64,000 bases of DNA, taken from positions 595,825 through 659,824 of the forward strand of contig OZ252299.1 in the NCBI GenBank assembly GCA_965250285.1. The letters are read 5' to 3'. Below are positions 1 to 9,061 of this stretch, piece by piece. Below the pieces are notes generated by a model. It did no database searches. It worked only from the letters and a program-made list of their open reading frames with translations, and was not told the DNA's origin. Position numbers and translations under genes: made by a program. Source of the stretch: Myxococcota bacterium (lineage in GTDB: Bacteria; Myxococcota_A; UBA9160; UBA4427). Within the stretch, counting starts at the first letter, position 1. Each line of letters begins with the position of its first letter.

Positions 1-666
1 GTACGTCGCCACGTGTACGCGGGCTTCGGTGAGCGGGCCGTGTTCGACCGCGACGGGACGGAGCGCGCGCCCGGATCGGGCGAGCGCGGGTTCGCCGGTG
101 GTCTCCACGTCGCTGGGATGATGCTGCTGGGCGCGCGGCCCTACGATCCGGCCATCGGTCGCTTCCTCGCGCCCGATCCCGTCGACCACGTTCTGAACGA
201 CTTTGCGTACACCCGCGGCAACCCGGTTCATCTCTGGGATCCGGGTGGGACCCACGCGACGCCCGTCGGTGGCGCGCCCTCGCAGACGCCGGCCGGACAG
301 GCCACGGTGACCGTCGGGGTCGGCTTCATGGCGATGGGGGCTTCGATGGCCGGCAACGCCGTGGCCGCCGGACCGCTCGCTGGGCAGTTCACCGCCACGG
401 GCGTGATCATCTTCGTCGGGGGCGTGGTCTTGGTGTACGTCGGCACGGCCATGCTCGACTCGCCGGATCCGCCGACCATGGCGCCCCCCGTGCCCCCACC
501 GGCCGAATCGACCGATGCCCTGCCCGACGGTGACCTCGGCAGCGGATCGACGTGTTCTCCGGATGCGTTCCGACCGCGCACATCCGGGACGCCGCGGGCG
601 GTGATCTGGCTGCTGCTCCTCGCAGCGGTCGTCGGCCTCATGCGCCGCGCCGAGGTGAGCGGCTAG
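1..666 (+). CDS. RHS repeat-associated core protein, C-terminal part (5'-truncated by window edge)
   Basis: Frame 1 is open from base 1 (VRRHVYAGFGE...). RHS core motifs LGARPYDPAIGRFLAPDPV and YTRGNPVHLWDPGG (PxxxxDPxG) are followed by a ~140-aa extension with hydrophobic segments. Confidence 0.85.
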   Translation, partial: VRRHVYAGFGERAVFDRDGTERAPGSGERGFAGGLHVAGMMLLGARPYDPAIGRFLAPDPVDHVLNDFAYTRGNPVHLWDPGGTHATPVGGAPSQTPAGQATVTVGVGFMAMGASMAGNAVAAGPLAGQFTATGVIIFVGGVVLVYVGTAMLDSPDPPTMAPPVPPPAESTDALPDGDLGSGSTCSPDAFRPRTSGTPRAVIWLLLLAAVVGLMRRAEVSG

Positions 667-706
667 CGCGGTCGTGCGGGCGTCACCGGCGCGTTCGGTC
701 GGCCGC

Positions 707-1597
707 TCACGGGCGTGCACGCCGCCAGGCGGTGTGCACGACGTGTGCGGCCGACCAGAACAGGTAGGTGGCCGGTGAGAGGACGGCCCTCGAGACGTCG
801 ACGATCGACGCCGGCCAGGCGCTTGGCGCGCCGAGCACGGCCATCGCACCCAGGCACAGCGCCAACGTCGGTGCATGCAGTCGCAGCAGCGCGATGAGCT
901 CGCTGCGAAGCCGGCCGCGCGCCCGGGCCCGTGCCACGATCAGGATCAGCCAGCTCACGAGGTGATGCAGCGTGACCGCCGCGATCACGTCGGTCGCGTC
1001 GATTCGCGGCGAGAGATGAGGCGCCGCGAGCGCGAGCAAGCTGAGTCCGGCGGCGATCGCTGCGTCGGCGAAGAGGTCGCTTCGCCGCGTCGAGAGCGCC
1101 GCGATCGGCAGCGCGTCCTCGGGGCTCGACCGCCGCAGCGCGCGATCGTTCTCGACGGTGTGCCACGCCGACAGGGCGAGCAGACCCAGGGGCAGCGCCG
1201 GCGCGAATTGGCAGAGCTCGACGTAGGCCGCATACCCGGTGGCGAGCGTCGCCAGGGTGCCGAGCTTCGCGGCCGCCGCACGCGGGGGCTGCGCCGATGC
1301 AGGCCGGCGGCCACGCACGACGCTCGCGAGCAGGTGGCCGTAGCCGAGCGCGAAGACGACGTGCGAGTGGAGCGCGGCGCGGGCTTCGTTCTCGGGCTCG
1401 AGCCAGAGGCTGGCCGCCACCCAGCTCGTGGTCGCCGCGAGGGAGGCCTGGCTGATCCGCCGCCCGGCCGAGCCGGGTCGGCCGGGCGGGGTCGAACGGC
1501 TTCGGCTCGGGCGCTCGCGCCGCCATCCGAGGAAGGACCGCACGGAGCGTCGCCCGCTGCGCACCAGACGGTTCGCCCCGTTCGAGCCGGTGCGCAT
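707..1597 (-). CDS. Uncharacterised multi-pass membrane protein with several His-containing motifs
   Basis: 3' part of ORF 707..2179. ATG at 1597 overlaps the upstream CPBP stop (TGATG). Several hydrophobic segments carry LGYGHL, WHTVEND, LHHLVSW and FWSAAHVVHT. Confidence 0.65.
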   Translation of the reverse strand: MRTGSNGANRLVRSGRRSVRSFLGWRRERPSRSRSTPPGRPGSAGRRISQASLAATTSWVAASLWLEPENEARAALHSHVVFALGYGHLLASVVRGRRPASAQPPRAAAAKLGTLATLATGYAAYVELCQFAPALPLGLLALSAWHTVENDRALRRSSPEDALPIAALSTRRSDLFADAAIAAGLSLLALAAPHLSPRIDATDVIAAVTLHHLVSWLILIVARARARGRLRSELIALLRLHAPTLALCLGAMAVLGAPSAWPASIVDVSRAVLSPATYLFWSAAHVVHTAWRRARP

Positions 1598-2211
1598 CAG
1601 AGCGCGGCCGCGTCGAAGCGCGGGGCGACGACCGCCACATTCAGGCCGACGTGCAGCGCCGTGCAGGGCGAGACGCGCCTCGTGGCCAGCCAGACGAGGC
1701 CGAGAGCGAGGCCGGCAAGGAAGGTGCCGAGCATCCGCACCGGCGTCGCGTGGGGCAGGGCGAAGCACGCCGCGCTCACCACGACCGCCGCCCATCGACC
1801 GACGCGCGGTTCGAGCGCGGCGAGCAGCCGACCCCGGTACAGCCACTCTTCGAATGCGGGCGCGAGCGCGAGGCATGAGACGAGCTCGAACGCACACGGC
1901 GCTGCCGCGGCGTCGAGACGGGGCGTCGCGCCGGTCGCGGCGACGAAGGCGTACCACGTGGCGGCGCCGAGGGCGGGCTGGATGGCGACCCCGACCCACA
2001 TGAACGCGAGGGCCTGGCCGATCAGACGGGTGGGGCATCGATGGCTCGGTTCGACGCGTGGGCACCGATGCGCGATCCAGCCCAGCGCGATGGCGAACGA
2101 GAGGGCGACGCCGATGCAGCCGGGCCATGCGAGCTGAACCAGCGCGAGCTGGCACCAGACGACGCAGACGAGGACGCACGTGGCGCCGAGTCGGGGAGGG
2201 GGCGTGGGCAT
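1597..2211 (-). CDS. CPBP (Abi/CAAX) family intramembrane glutamic endopeptidase
   Basis: Motifs APAFEEWLYRG, FALPH and LHVGLN in a hydrophobic protein. Start uncertain (ATG 2211 preferred; ORF open to 2265). Confidence 0.85.
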   Translation of the reverse strand: MPTPPPRLGATCVLVCVVWCQLALVQLAWPGCIGVALSFAIALGWIAHRCPRVEPSHRCPTRLIGQALAFMWVGVAIQPALGAATWYAFVAATGATPRLDAAAAPCAFELVSCLALAPAFEEWLYRGRLLAALEPRVGRWAAVVVSAACFALPHATPVRMLGTFLAGLALGLVWLATRRVSPCTALHVGLNVAVVAPRFDAAAL

Positions 2212-2241
2212 CACGCCCGTCGACGAAGCAAGCGCCGCGCC

Positions 2242-2329
2242 AAGCGCGACGCGGTGCAGCGCCAAGCGCGGCGCTGTGTCGCGCTTGGCGCGACGCTGTG
2301 TCGCGGCAAGCGCTGCGCTGTGTCGCCGG
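2242..2329. repeat. Four imperfect tandem 22-bp repeats (consensus ~AAGCGCGACGCTGTGTCGCGCC)
   Basis: Units start at 2242, 2264, 2286 and 2308. CGCTGTGTCGC occurs exactly at 2272, 2294 and 2316. Confidence 0.8.
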
Positions 2330-2362
2330 GGAAGCGCGGTCGCGGGCTCACCTGTCCTCGAG

Positions 2363-2388
2363 CGGGCGTGAAACGGCGTTCACGCCCG
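2363..2388. other. Perfect 10-bp inverted repeat downstream of xth (terminator or operator)
   Basis: CGGGCGTGAA-acggcg-TTCACGCCCG; no U-tract on the minus strand. Confidence 0.45.
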
Positions 2389-2447
2389 GCGCCGCGCGCG
2401 ATCCGTAGGGCACGGTTCGAGGCGGGCCGCCCGAGGCCCGCGGTGCT

Positions 2448-3248
2448 TCAGCCGAAGATCGCGGGGTCGACGTCGACGCCGATTGGACAGTGGTCACTGC
2501 CCATGACGTCCATGTGGATGAAGGCGTTCTTCACGAACTTCATCGCGGCGGGCGAGGCCATGACGTAGTCGATGCGCCAGCCGACGTTGCGCTCTCGCAC
2601 GCCGAAGCGCTGACTCCACCACGAGTAGTGGCCGCCTGCGGGCTCGAACGCGCGGAACGTGTCGATCCAGCCGGCGTCGATCCAGCGGTCGAGCTCGGCG
2701 CACTCTTCGGGCAGGAACCCGCTGGTCTTGCGGTTGTCCTTCGGGCGGGCGAGGTCGATCTCGCGATGCGCCGTATTGAAGTCGCCCATCACGATCACGC
2801 GGTAGCCGCCGCGCCGCAGGCGCTGGAGCTTGTCGAAGAGCGCTGCGTACCAGTCGAGCTTGTAGGGCACGCGGCTGTTGTCGCGATCCTGACCACTGCC
2901 GTTCGGGAAGTAGCCGTTGGCGACGACCAGGCGGCCGAAGCGCGCGATCTGGACGCGCCCTTCGGCGTCGAAGCGATCCTCACCGAGCGAGGTGTCGATG
3001 GCATCGGGCTTGCGCTTCGAGAAGAGCCCCACGCCGCTGTAGCCCTTTCGTTCGGCGGACGACACGTGCAGGTGGTAACCGCGCACGTCGGCCACCTCGT
3101 CGGGAATCTGCTCGCGGGTCGCGCGCACCTCCTGGATCCCGACGATCTCGCCGCGGCTGGCTGCGAGCCAATCGGCGAAACCCTTCTTGTGCGCCGAGCG
3201 AATGCCATTGACGTTCCACGAGTAGATGCGGGCGGCGCGGGGTGCCAT
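2448..3248 (-). CDS. xth: Exodeoxyribonuclease III
   Basis: SWNVNGIRS, IQEVRA, YFPNG, MGDFNTAH, YSWWSQR, GWRIDY and SDHCP motifs. Confidence 0.96.
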   Translation of the reverse strand: MAPRAARIYSWNVNGIRSAHKKGFADWLAASRGEIVGIQEVRATREQIPDEVADVRGYHLHVSSAERKGYSGVGLFSKRKPDAIDTSLGEDRFDAEGRVQIARFGRLVVANGYFPNGSGQDRDNSRVPYKLDWYAALFDKLQRLRRGGYRVIVMGDFNTAHREIDLARPKDNRKTSGFLPEECAELDRWIDAGWIDTFRAFEPAGGHYSWWSQRFGVRERNVGWRIDYVMASPAAMKFVKNAFIHMDVMGSDHCPIGVDVDPAIFG

Positions 3249-3341
3249 GTCGAGCGTGTTCTCCTGCGGCTGGATGGTTCGATGTCTTCGCCCGCGTGTC
3301 GTCCGAGTGGCGGCGGTTCGCGACCGTCTCGGCGACGGTGG

Positions 3342-5276
3342 CTAGCGGTCGTCGTGAGACAGGTACGTGTACTCGAGCAAGCCCTGCTCGTAGCGTCGCC
3401 GCAGCAACGCCGAGTCTTCGAGGCCGATCGCGCCCGACCGGAGCGCCTTCTCGATCGTGCGCCGCACCTTCTCGACGAGCTCGCGCCGTTCGTACTGCAC
3501 GTACGAGAGGACTTCGTCGACCGAGTCGCCGTCGACGACGTGCTCGACCACGACCTCCCGGTCGTCGTCGATGCGCAGATGCACGGCGTCGGTATCGCCG
3601 AACAGGTTGTGCAGGTCGCCGAGGATCTCCTGGTAGGCACCGGCGAGAAAGACGCCGACGTAGTACGGGGTGCCGTTCAGCGGATGCACTTCGAGGACCG
3701 GCTTTGCGCCTTCGGGATCGATGAACGAATCGATCTTGCCATCGCTGTCGCAGGTCAGGTCGGCCAGGACCGCGCGACGGGTCGGGCGCTCGTCGAGGCG
3801 TTGGATCGGCATCACCGGAAAGAGCTGCTCGACCGCCCAGTGATCGGGGGCCGATTGGAAGACCGAGAAGTTGCCGTAGTACGTGTCGGCGAGGTCGCGG
3901 TCGAGGGTGGCGAGCTCTTCGGGCACCTCGTCGAGTGCCCTGAGCTCGGTGCGGATCTGGCCGCAGATGTGCAGAAAGAGATCGTCCGCGCGCCCGCGCG
4001 TCACGAGGTCGAGGTAGCCGAGCGCGAACGAGTTGACGGCTTCGTCGCGCAGGAGGAGCGCGTCGTGGTACGTCTCGAGCAGGTTGTCGGCCGCGAGCCC
4101 GTTCGCGCATGCCGCCAGGTCATGGAGCACGCGGTGATCGTCGGGCTGGACGTCCGTCGACGTCTGCTGCGGGACCATTCCGTGGTGCCCGATGACGTCG
4201 AAGATCAGCACCGAGTGGTGGGCCGCGATCGCCCGACCCGCCTCGGTCACGATGTCGGGGTGGTCGATGCCTGCCTCGTCGCAGGCCGAGAGCAGTGTGT
4301 CGACGGCGTCGCGCGCGTACTCCTCGGCGCTGTAGTTCATCGACGAGTGCGAGTCGGTCTGGGTGCCGTCGTAGTCGACCCCCATCCCGCCGCCGATATC
4401 GACGTAGCGCAGGGCATCGGCGCCCATGGTGCGCAGGCCGACGAAGATGCGGCCCATCTCCCGCAGCGCCTCCTTGTGGGCGCGAATGTCCGTGATCTGC
4501 GAGCCGATGTGGTAGTGCACGAGCTCGAGGCAGTCGAGCATGCCGTCGGCCTGCAGGCGCGATACGGCCGCGATCACCTCGCCGGGCGAGAGACCGAACT
4601 TCGAGCGCCGGCCCGACGACGCGAGCCACTTGCCGGCTCCCTGTGCCGAGAGCCGAACGCGCAGGCCGATGTGCGGGCGAATGCCGAGCTGCTGAGCGGT
4701 CTTCACGAGCAGCTCGATCTCGTCGAAGCGATCGATGACGATGATCGGCCGCCGGCCGAGGCGCTGGGCGAGCAGCGCCGTCTCGACATAGGCGCGGTCC
4801 TTGAAGCCGTTGCACACGATCATGCCGCCGGGCCGATCGAGGACGGCCAGCGCGATCAGCAGCTCGGGCTTGCTGCCGGCTTCGAGGCCGATCGCATGGG
4901 GGCCTTCGATCGCGACCAGCTCTTCGACGACGTGGCGCTGCTGATTGACCTTGATCGGGTACACGCTGTGATGTCGGCCGCGATAGCCGTAGGCCTCGAT
5001 GGCCGCCGCGAAGTCGTCGTGGATGCGCCGTACCTGGCTGGTGAGGATGTCCGAGAAGCGCAGCAGCATCGGCGTGCGCAAGCCGCGCTGGCGCAGGTTC
5101 TCGACCGTCTCGACGAGGTCGATCTCGGCGTCTTCGCCGCGCTTCGGCCGCACGACGAGATGCCCCGCTGCGTTGATGCCGAAGTAGCCATCGCTCCAGC
5201 GCTCGACGGAGTACGTATCGAGGCTGTCGCCGATCGTCCAGGGCGTCGTGCCGGTCGCGCGGCTGTCGTCGGCCAT
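3342..5276 (-). CDS. speA: Biosynthetic arginine decarboxylase
   Basis: VYPIKVNQ, GLEAGSKPEL, CNGFKD, HYHIGSQI, DIGGGMGVDYDG, TCDSDG and GAYQEILGDLHNLFGD. Confidence 0.96.
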   Translation of the reverse strand: MADDSRATGTTPWTIGDSLDTYSVERWSDGYFGINAAGHLVVRPKRGEDAEIDLVETVENLRQRGLRTPMLLRFSDILTSQVRRIHDDFAAAIEAYGYRGRHHSVYPIKVNQQRHVVEELVAIEGPHAIGLEAGSKPELLIALAVLDRPGGMIVCNGFKDRAYVETALLAQRLGRRPIIVIDRFDEIELLVKTAQQLGIRPHIGLRVRLSAQGAGKWLASSGRRSKFGLSPGEVIAAVSRLQADGMLDCLELVHYHIGSQITDIRAHKEALREMGRIFVGLRTMGADALRYVDIGGGMGVDYDGTQTDSHSSMNYSAEEYARDAVDTLLSACDEAGIDHPDIVTEAGRAIAAHHSVLIFDVIGHHGMVPQQTSTDVQPDDHRVLHDLAACANGLAADNLLETYHDALLLRDEAVNSFALGYLDLVTRGRADDLFLHICGQIRTELRALDEVPEELATLDRDLADTYYGNFSVFQSAPDHWAVEQLFPVMPIQRLDERPTRRAVLADLTCDSDGKIDSFIDPEGAKPVLEVHPLNGTPYYVGVFLAGAYQEILGDLHNLFGDTDAVHLRIDDDREVVVEHVVDGDSVDEVLSYVQYERRELVEKVRRTIEKALRSGAIGLEDSALLRRRYEQGLLEYTYLSHDDR

Positions 5277-5280
5277 GGCT

Positions 5281-6567
5281 CTACTCCGGCGCGTCGAGCG
5301 CCTGGTCGGTTTCTTCGCCGGTCGAGAGGTCGCGGCGTCGCGCCACGCCGCGGGCGACTTCGTCGGGGCCGAGCAGCCAGATGCGCGCCGCGCCGATGCG
5401 GTCGGCGTCGGCCATCGCGCGCTTGAGCTTGGGCGTCGCGAGCAGCAGCTCGACGCGGCGTCCGCGCTCGCGCAGCCGCTGCGCGAGGCCGATCGCTGCG
5501 CTGCGCTGCTCGTCGTCGAAGGCGAAGACGACGTCGTCCACCTGGCGCGGCAGCTCGGGCAGCTTGCCTTCGTCCTTCAAGAGCTCGGTGATCACGGCGT
5601 CGCCGAAGCCGAAGCCGACGGCCGGGATCGGCTTGCCACCGAGGGTCTCGGCGAGTCGGTCGTAGCGACCGCCCCCGCAGATCGCGCGCAGCTCGCCGCG
5701 CGCATCGAACGCCTCGAAGACGATGCCGGTGTAGTACGCCAGGCCGCGCACCACCGATGCGTCGAACACGACACGATCGGCGATGCCGTACGCGGCCAGC
5801 AGCTCGAAGAGTCGGCGCATGTCGGCGAGCGCCGCGGAGCCCTCGGGTGCGTGTTTCGCTGCTTCGTCGAGATCGGAGACCTGCAGCAGCGCGACGACGT
5901 CGCTTGCCTCGGCTTTGTCGAGGCCGACGGCGCCCTTCGCGTCGGTCAGCAGGTCGACGACCGCGTCGGCGCCGATCTTGTCGAGCTTGTCGATCACGAC
6001 GCAGAGCGGCTCGAAGACCTCGGGTCGGCTGGCGAGCACACCCGCCCGCAGCGTCTCTTCGAGCAGCGCACGGCTGTTCAAGCGCACGAGCACCGTACCC
6101 GGCGCGAGGCCGAGCTGGTCGGTCGCCATGCAGATCGCCGCCAGCAGCTCGGCTTCGGCGGTGACGCCGGGTTCACCCCAGATGTCCATGTTCCACTGGT
6201 AGTGCTCGCGGCGGCGGCCGCGGGTCATTCGCTCGTAGCGCCAGTTCTGCGTGATCGTGAACCACCGCACCGGCATCCGCAGGGCGCCTGCGCGGCCGAG
6301 GATCATCCGGGCGATCGAGGGCGTCATCTCGGGCCGCAGCGCCAGGTGCCGACCGTGAATCTCGAAGTGATAGAGCTGGTCGACGATCTCCTCGCCGGCC
6401 TTGCGCGTGAAGAGCTCGGCGCTCTCGACGACGGGCGCGTCGACCTCTTCGAAGGCAAAGCGCCGCGCGACCTCGCGAAAGTGGTCGAACAGCCACTCTC
6501 GCTGGCGAAACTCGTCGGGCGCGAAGTCGCGCGTGCCTTTCGGGGGCTGCAATCCGACCTTGCTCAA
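5281..6567 (-). CDS. hisS: Histidine--tRNA ligase
   Basis: PKGTRDF, LRPEMTPS, RYER, VRGLAYYTG and GGGRYD; TTG start. Confidence 0.96.
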   Translation of the reverse strand: MSKVGLQPPKGTRDFAPDEFRQREWLFDHFREVARRFAFEEVDAPVVESAELFTRKAGEEIVDQLYHFEIHGRHLALRPEMTPSIARMILGRAGALRMPVRWFTITQNWRYERMTRGRRREHYQWNMDIWGEPGVTAEAELLAAICMATDQLGLAPGTVLVRLNSRALLEETLRAGVLASRPEVFEPLCVVIDKLDKIGADAVVDLLTDAKGAVGLDKAEASDVVALLQVSDLDEAAKHAPEGSAALADMRRLFELLAAYGIADRVVFDASVVRGLAYYTGIVFEAFDARGELRAICGGGRYDRLAETLGGKPIPAVGFGFGDAVITELLKDEGKLPELPRQVDDVVFAFDDEQRSAAIGLAQRLRERGRRVELLLATPKLKRAMADADRIGAARIWLLGPDEVARGVARRRDLSTGEETDQALDAPE

Positions 6568-6876
6568 CGGGCAGGCTCTCCGGGCGGATGGAACGGGCGG
6601 TGCGGAGGCGGCGGCCGGAGCAGGCGGAGCCAGGCTCGGACCGGCGGGCCAGAACGAGATCTCGGGGCTGGTTGGTCGACGCGGCCCATAGGTACCAAAG
6701 CCGAGGCGATCCCGCGCGGTGGCGCGACGCCTGGCGTTCGATTTTTGTGCGGGATCGCGGGCGGTTGGACGGGTTCCGAATCGATCGGCCCGGCCGTGTC
6801 GGTCGGCGCGGGGCGGCGGCCGACGTGAAGCGATGCGGTGGGGCTGCTACACCCCCGGGACATCATGGAGGGTGCC

Positions 6877-8247
6877 ATGGACCGGTCCCGGTCAGACGAG
6901 GTTCTTCTTTCTTCTATTGCTCGTCGCGGCTGCGCGGTCTGCGCGATCGCGGCGGCGCTCGCGCTCGCGGTGGGCTGCGGCGGTGAGGCCGAGAAGCCCG
7001 CGGCGAAGCCGGCCGCCGAGAAGGGCGCCGAGGCGGCGGGGCAGCCCGCGACGCCCGCCCCCTCCGACAAGCCGGTGGTCGAGACGCCCGACGATCTCCC
7101 GTACGCCCTCGTGCTGGGGCTGGCTCAGTTCGAGGCCCGCAAGCCGGGCTCGAAGTCGATGCCCGAGCCCCTGCCCGCGACGATGGAGTTCCTCGTGCGC
7201 AAGAACGGCGAGTGGGTGCACTCGAGCATCGCCGACCCCGACAGCAACGTGATCCACAAGGCGATGGCCTATCCCGTGGACGGCGAGGATCGACTGCTCG
7301 CGGCCGCCGGCTCGAAGGCGACGCTGCGCCTCTGGAACGGCGGCGAGGTCGACACCACGATCTGGGAGAAGGACTTCGGCGGCAAGTTCTCGCGCATGCG
7401 CGACATCGAGATCGCCGACCTGTACGGCGACGGGCAGATGGCGATCGCGATCGCGACGCATGACCAGGGTGTCGTCGCCACCGCACGCCCCGACGGATCG
7501 GGCGGCTTCATCATCGAAGAGCTCGACCAGGAGCCCGACACGTTCGTTCACGAGATCGAGATCGGTGACCTCGATGGCGATGGTGTGCTCGAGATCTACT
7601 CGACGCCGAGCGAGCCGAATCGCCTCGACGGCAGCGAGCAGTCGGGGGTCGTCAAGCGCTACGTGCCGGCCCAGGGCACGCCGGGCGAGGTGGCCGCCGA
7701 TCTCGGTGACCGCCACGCGAAGGAGATCCTCGTCGACGACGTCGATGGTGACGGAGTCGACGAGCTCTACGTGCTCGTCGAGGGCAAGATCGACAAGGAC
7801 ACCAAGAAGCTGAAGGAGGGCGTTCAGATCCTCCGCTTCGAGGGCGACACCCCGGCCGATGGGGGCGTCGTGATCGCCACCATCGACGACCGCCTCGGTC
7901 GGTTCCTGACCGCAGGCGACTTCACCGGCGACGGCAAGAAAGAGATCGTCGCGGCGCTCTTCAGCCAGGGGCTCTGGATGCTGAGCCCGGGCGATGACCC
8001 GAACGCGCCGTGGACGAAGACGCTGATCGACCGCCGCTCGGGTGGCTTCGAGCACGCCGCGATCCTCGCCGACCTCGACGGGGACGGCGTCGACGAGCTC
8101 TACGTCGCGAGCGACAACGACAACGAGGTGCGGCGCTACGTCTGGGTCGACGGCAAGCCGGTGCGCGAGGTGATCTACAAGCGCACGAGCGGCAACAGCG
8201 TCTTCACCTGGAACATCATGCCCATCCCGGTCGAGCTCGTGCCCTGA
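6877..8247 (+). CDS. FG-GAP/VCBS-repeat lipoprotein
   Basis: Lipobox LAVGC after a hydrophobic stretch. Five DxDGDG-type repeats (DLYGDG, DLDGDG, DVDGDG, DFTGDG, DLDGDG). GGAGG upstream of ATG 6877. Confidence 0.8.
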   Translation: MDRSRSDEVLLSSIARRGCAVCAIAAALALAVGCGGEAEKPAAKPAAEKGAEAAGQPATPAPSDKPVVETPDDLPYALVLGLAQFEARKPGSKSMPEPLPATMEFLVRKNGEWVHSSIADPDSNVIHKAMAYPVDGEDRLLAAAGSKATLRLWNGGEVDTTIWEKDFGGKFSRMRDIEIADLYGDGQMAIAIATHDQGVVATARPDGSGGFIIEELDQEPDTFVHEIEIGDLDGDGVLEIYSTPSEPNRLDGSEQSGVVKRYVPAQGTPGEVAADLGDRHAKEILVDDVDGDGVDELYVLVEGKIDKDTKKLKEGVQILRFEGDTPADGGVVIATIDDRLGRFLTAGDFTGDGKKEIVAALFSQGLWMLSPGDDPNAPWTKTLIDRRSGGFEHAAILADLDGDGVDELYVASDNDNEVRRYVWVDGKPVREVIYKRTSGNSVFTWNIMPIPVELVP

Positions 8248-8269
8248 CCCGCGTGCGCGCGTCGGCGTG

Positions 8270-9061
8270 CTAGAGCGCGTCCATGGCGGCGTTCGCCACC
8301 TCGATGCAGCGGGCCATGTTGCGATCGAGGTCGATCGCCGACGGGCCCGGCCAGGGCGTGCGGTCGGATACGACGCAGATGCAGCCTGCGCGCAGGCCGA
8401 AGATCGAGGCCAGCGTGAGCAGCACGCCCGACTCCATCTCGCAGTTCAGCACGCCCGCTGCACGCATGTCGCGAATGCGGGTCTCGAGGTGGCTCGGCCA
8501 GTAGCTGCCCACGCTCATCGAGGCCATGCCGCCGCCTTCGGTCGCGATGGCATTGCGCGCATAGAACGCGTCGAGTGACCACGTGGTGCCGACGTGATGC
8601 GTCGCCTCGGCCGCGACGGCGGCGTCTTCGAGTGCGGCGACCACGCGGTGGTGGGCCGCCGCGGGAAACTCGGGCACCACGTACGTGCGGGACGTCCCGT
8701 CGTCGCGCACGGCACCGCGGGTGATTACGAGCTCGCCGAGCTGAAGCTCCGGGGCCAGGCCCCCACTGTTGCCGATGCGGATCAGCGTGTGGCTGCCGAG
8801 CTTGGCGAGCTCTTCGACGAGGATCGCCGTGCTGGGCGCGCCGATGCCGGTCGAGGCGGCGCTCACGGGGCGGCCGCCGCGCTCTCCGGTCACGATGCGG
8901 TACTCGCGGGCTTCGCAGACGACGCGGGTCGAGCTCCAGCTCGCGGTGATGCGGTCGACCCGGGCCGGATCGCCGCAGAGAAAGACGTGCTCGGCGACGT
9001 CGCCGGGGCGGCAGCCGGTGATCGGCTGGGCTTCACCCGCGGCGTCGGAAGCATCGGACAT
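8270..9061 (-). CDS. Nucleoside phosphorylase (uridine phosphorylase family)
   Basis: GDPARV, REY, STGIGAPS, IRIGNSG, AVRDDGTS and NCEMES motifs. Confidence 0.88.
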   Translation of the reverse strand: MSDASDAAGEAQPITGCRPGDVAEHVFLCGDPARVDRITASWSSTRVVCEAREYRIVTGERGGRPVSAASTGIGAPSTAILVEELAKLGSHTLIRIGNSGGLAPELQLGELVITRGAVRDDGTSRTYVVPEFPAAAHHRVVAALEDAAVAAEATHHVGTTWSLDAFYARNAIATEGGGMASMSVGSYWPSHLETRIRDMRAAGVLNCEMESGVLLTLASIFGLRAGCICVVSDRTPWPGPSAIDLDRNMARCIEVANAAMDAL

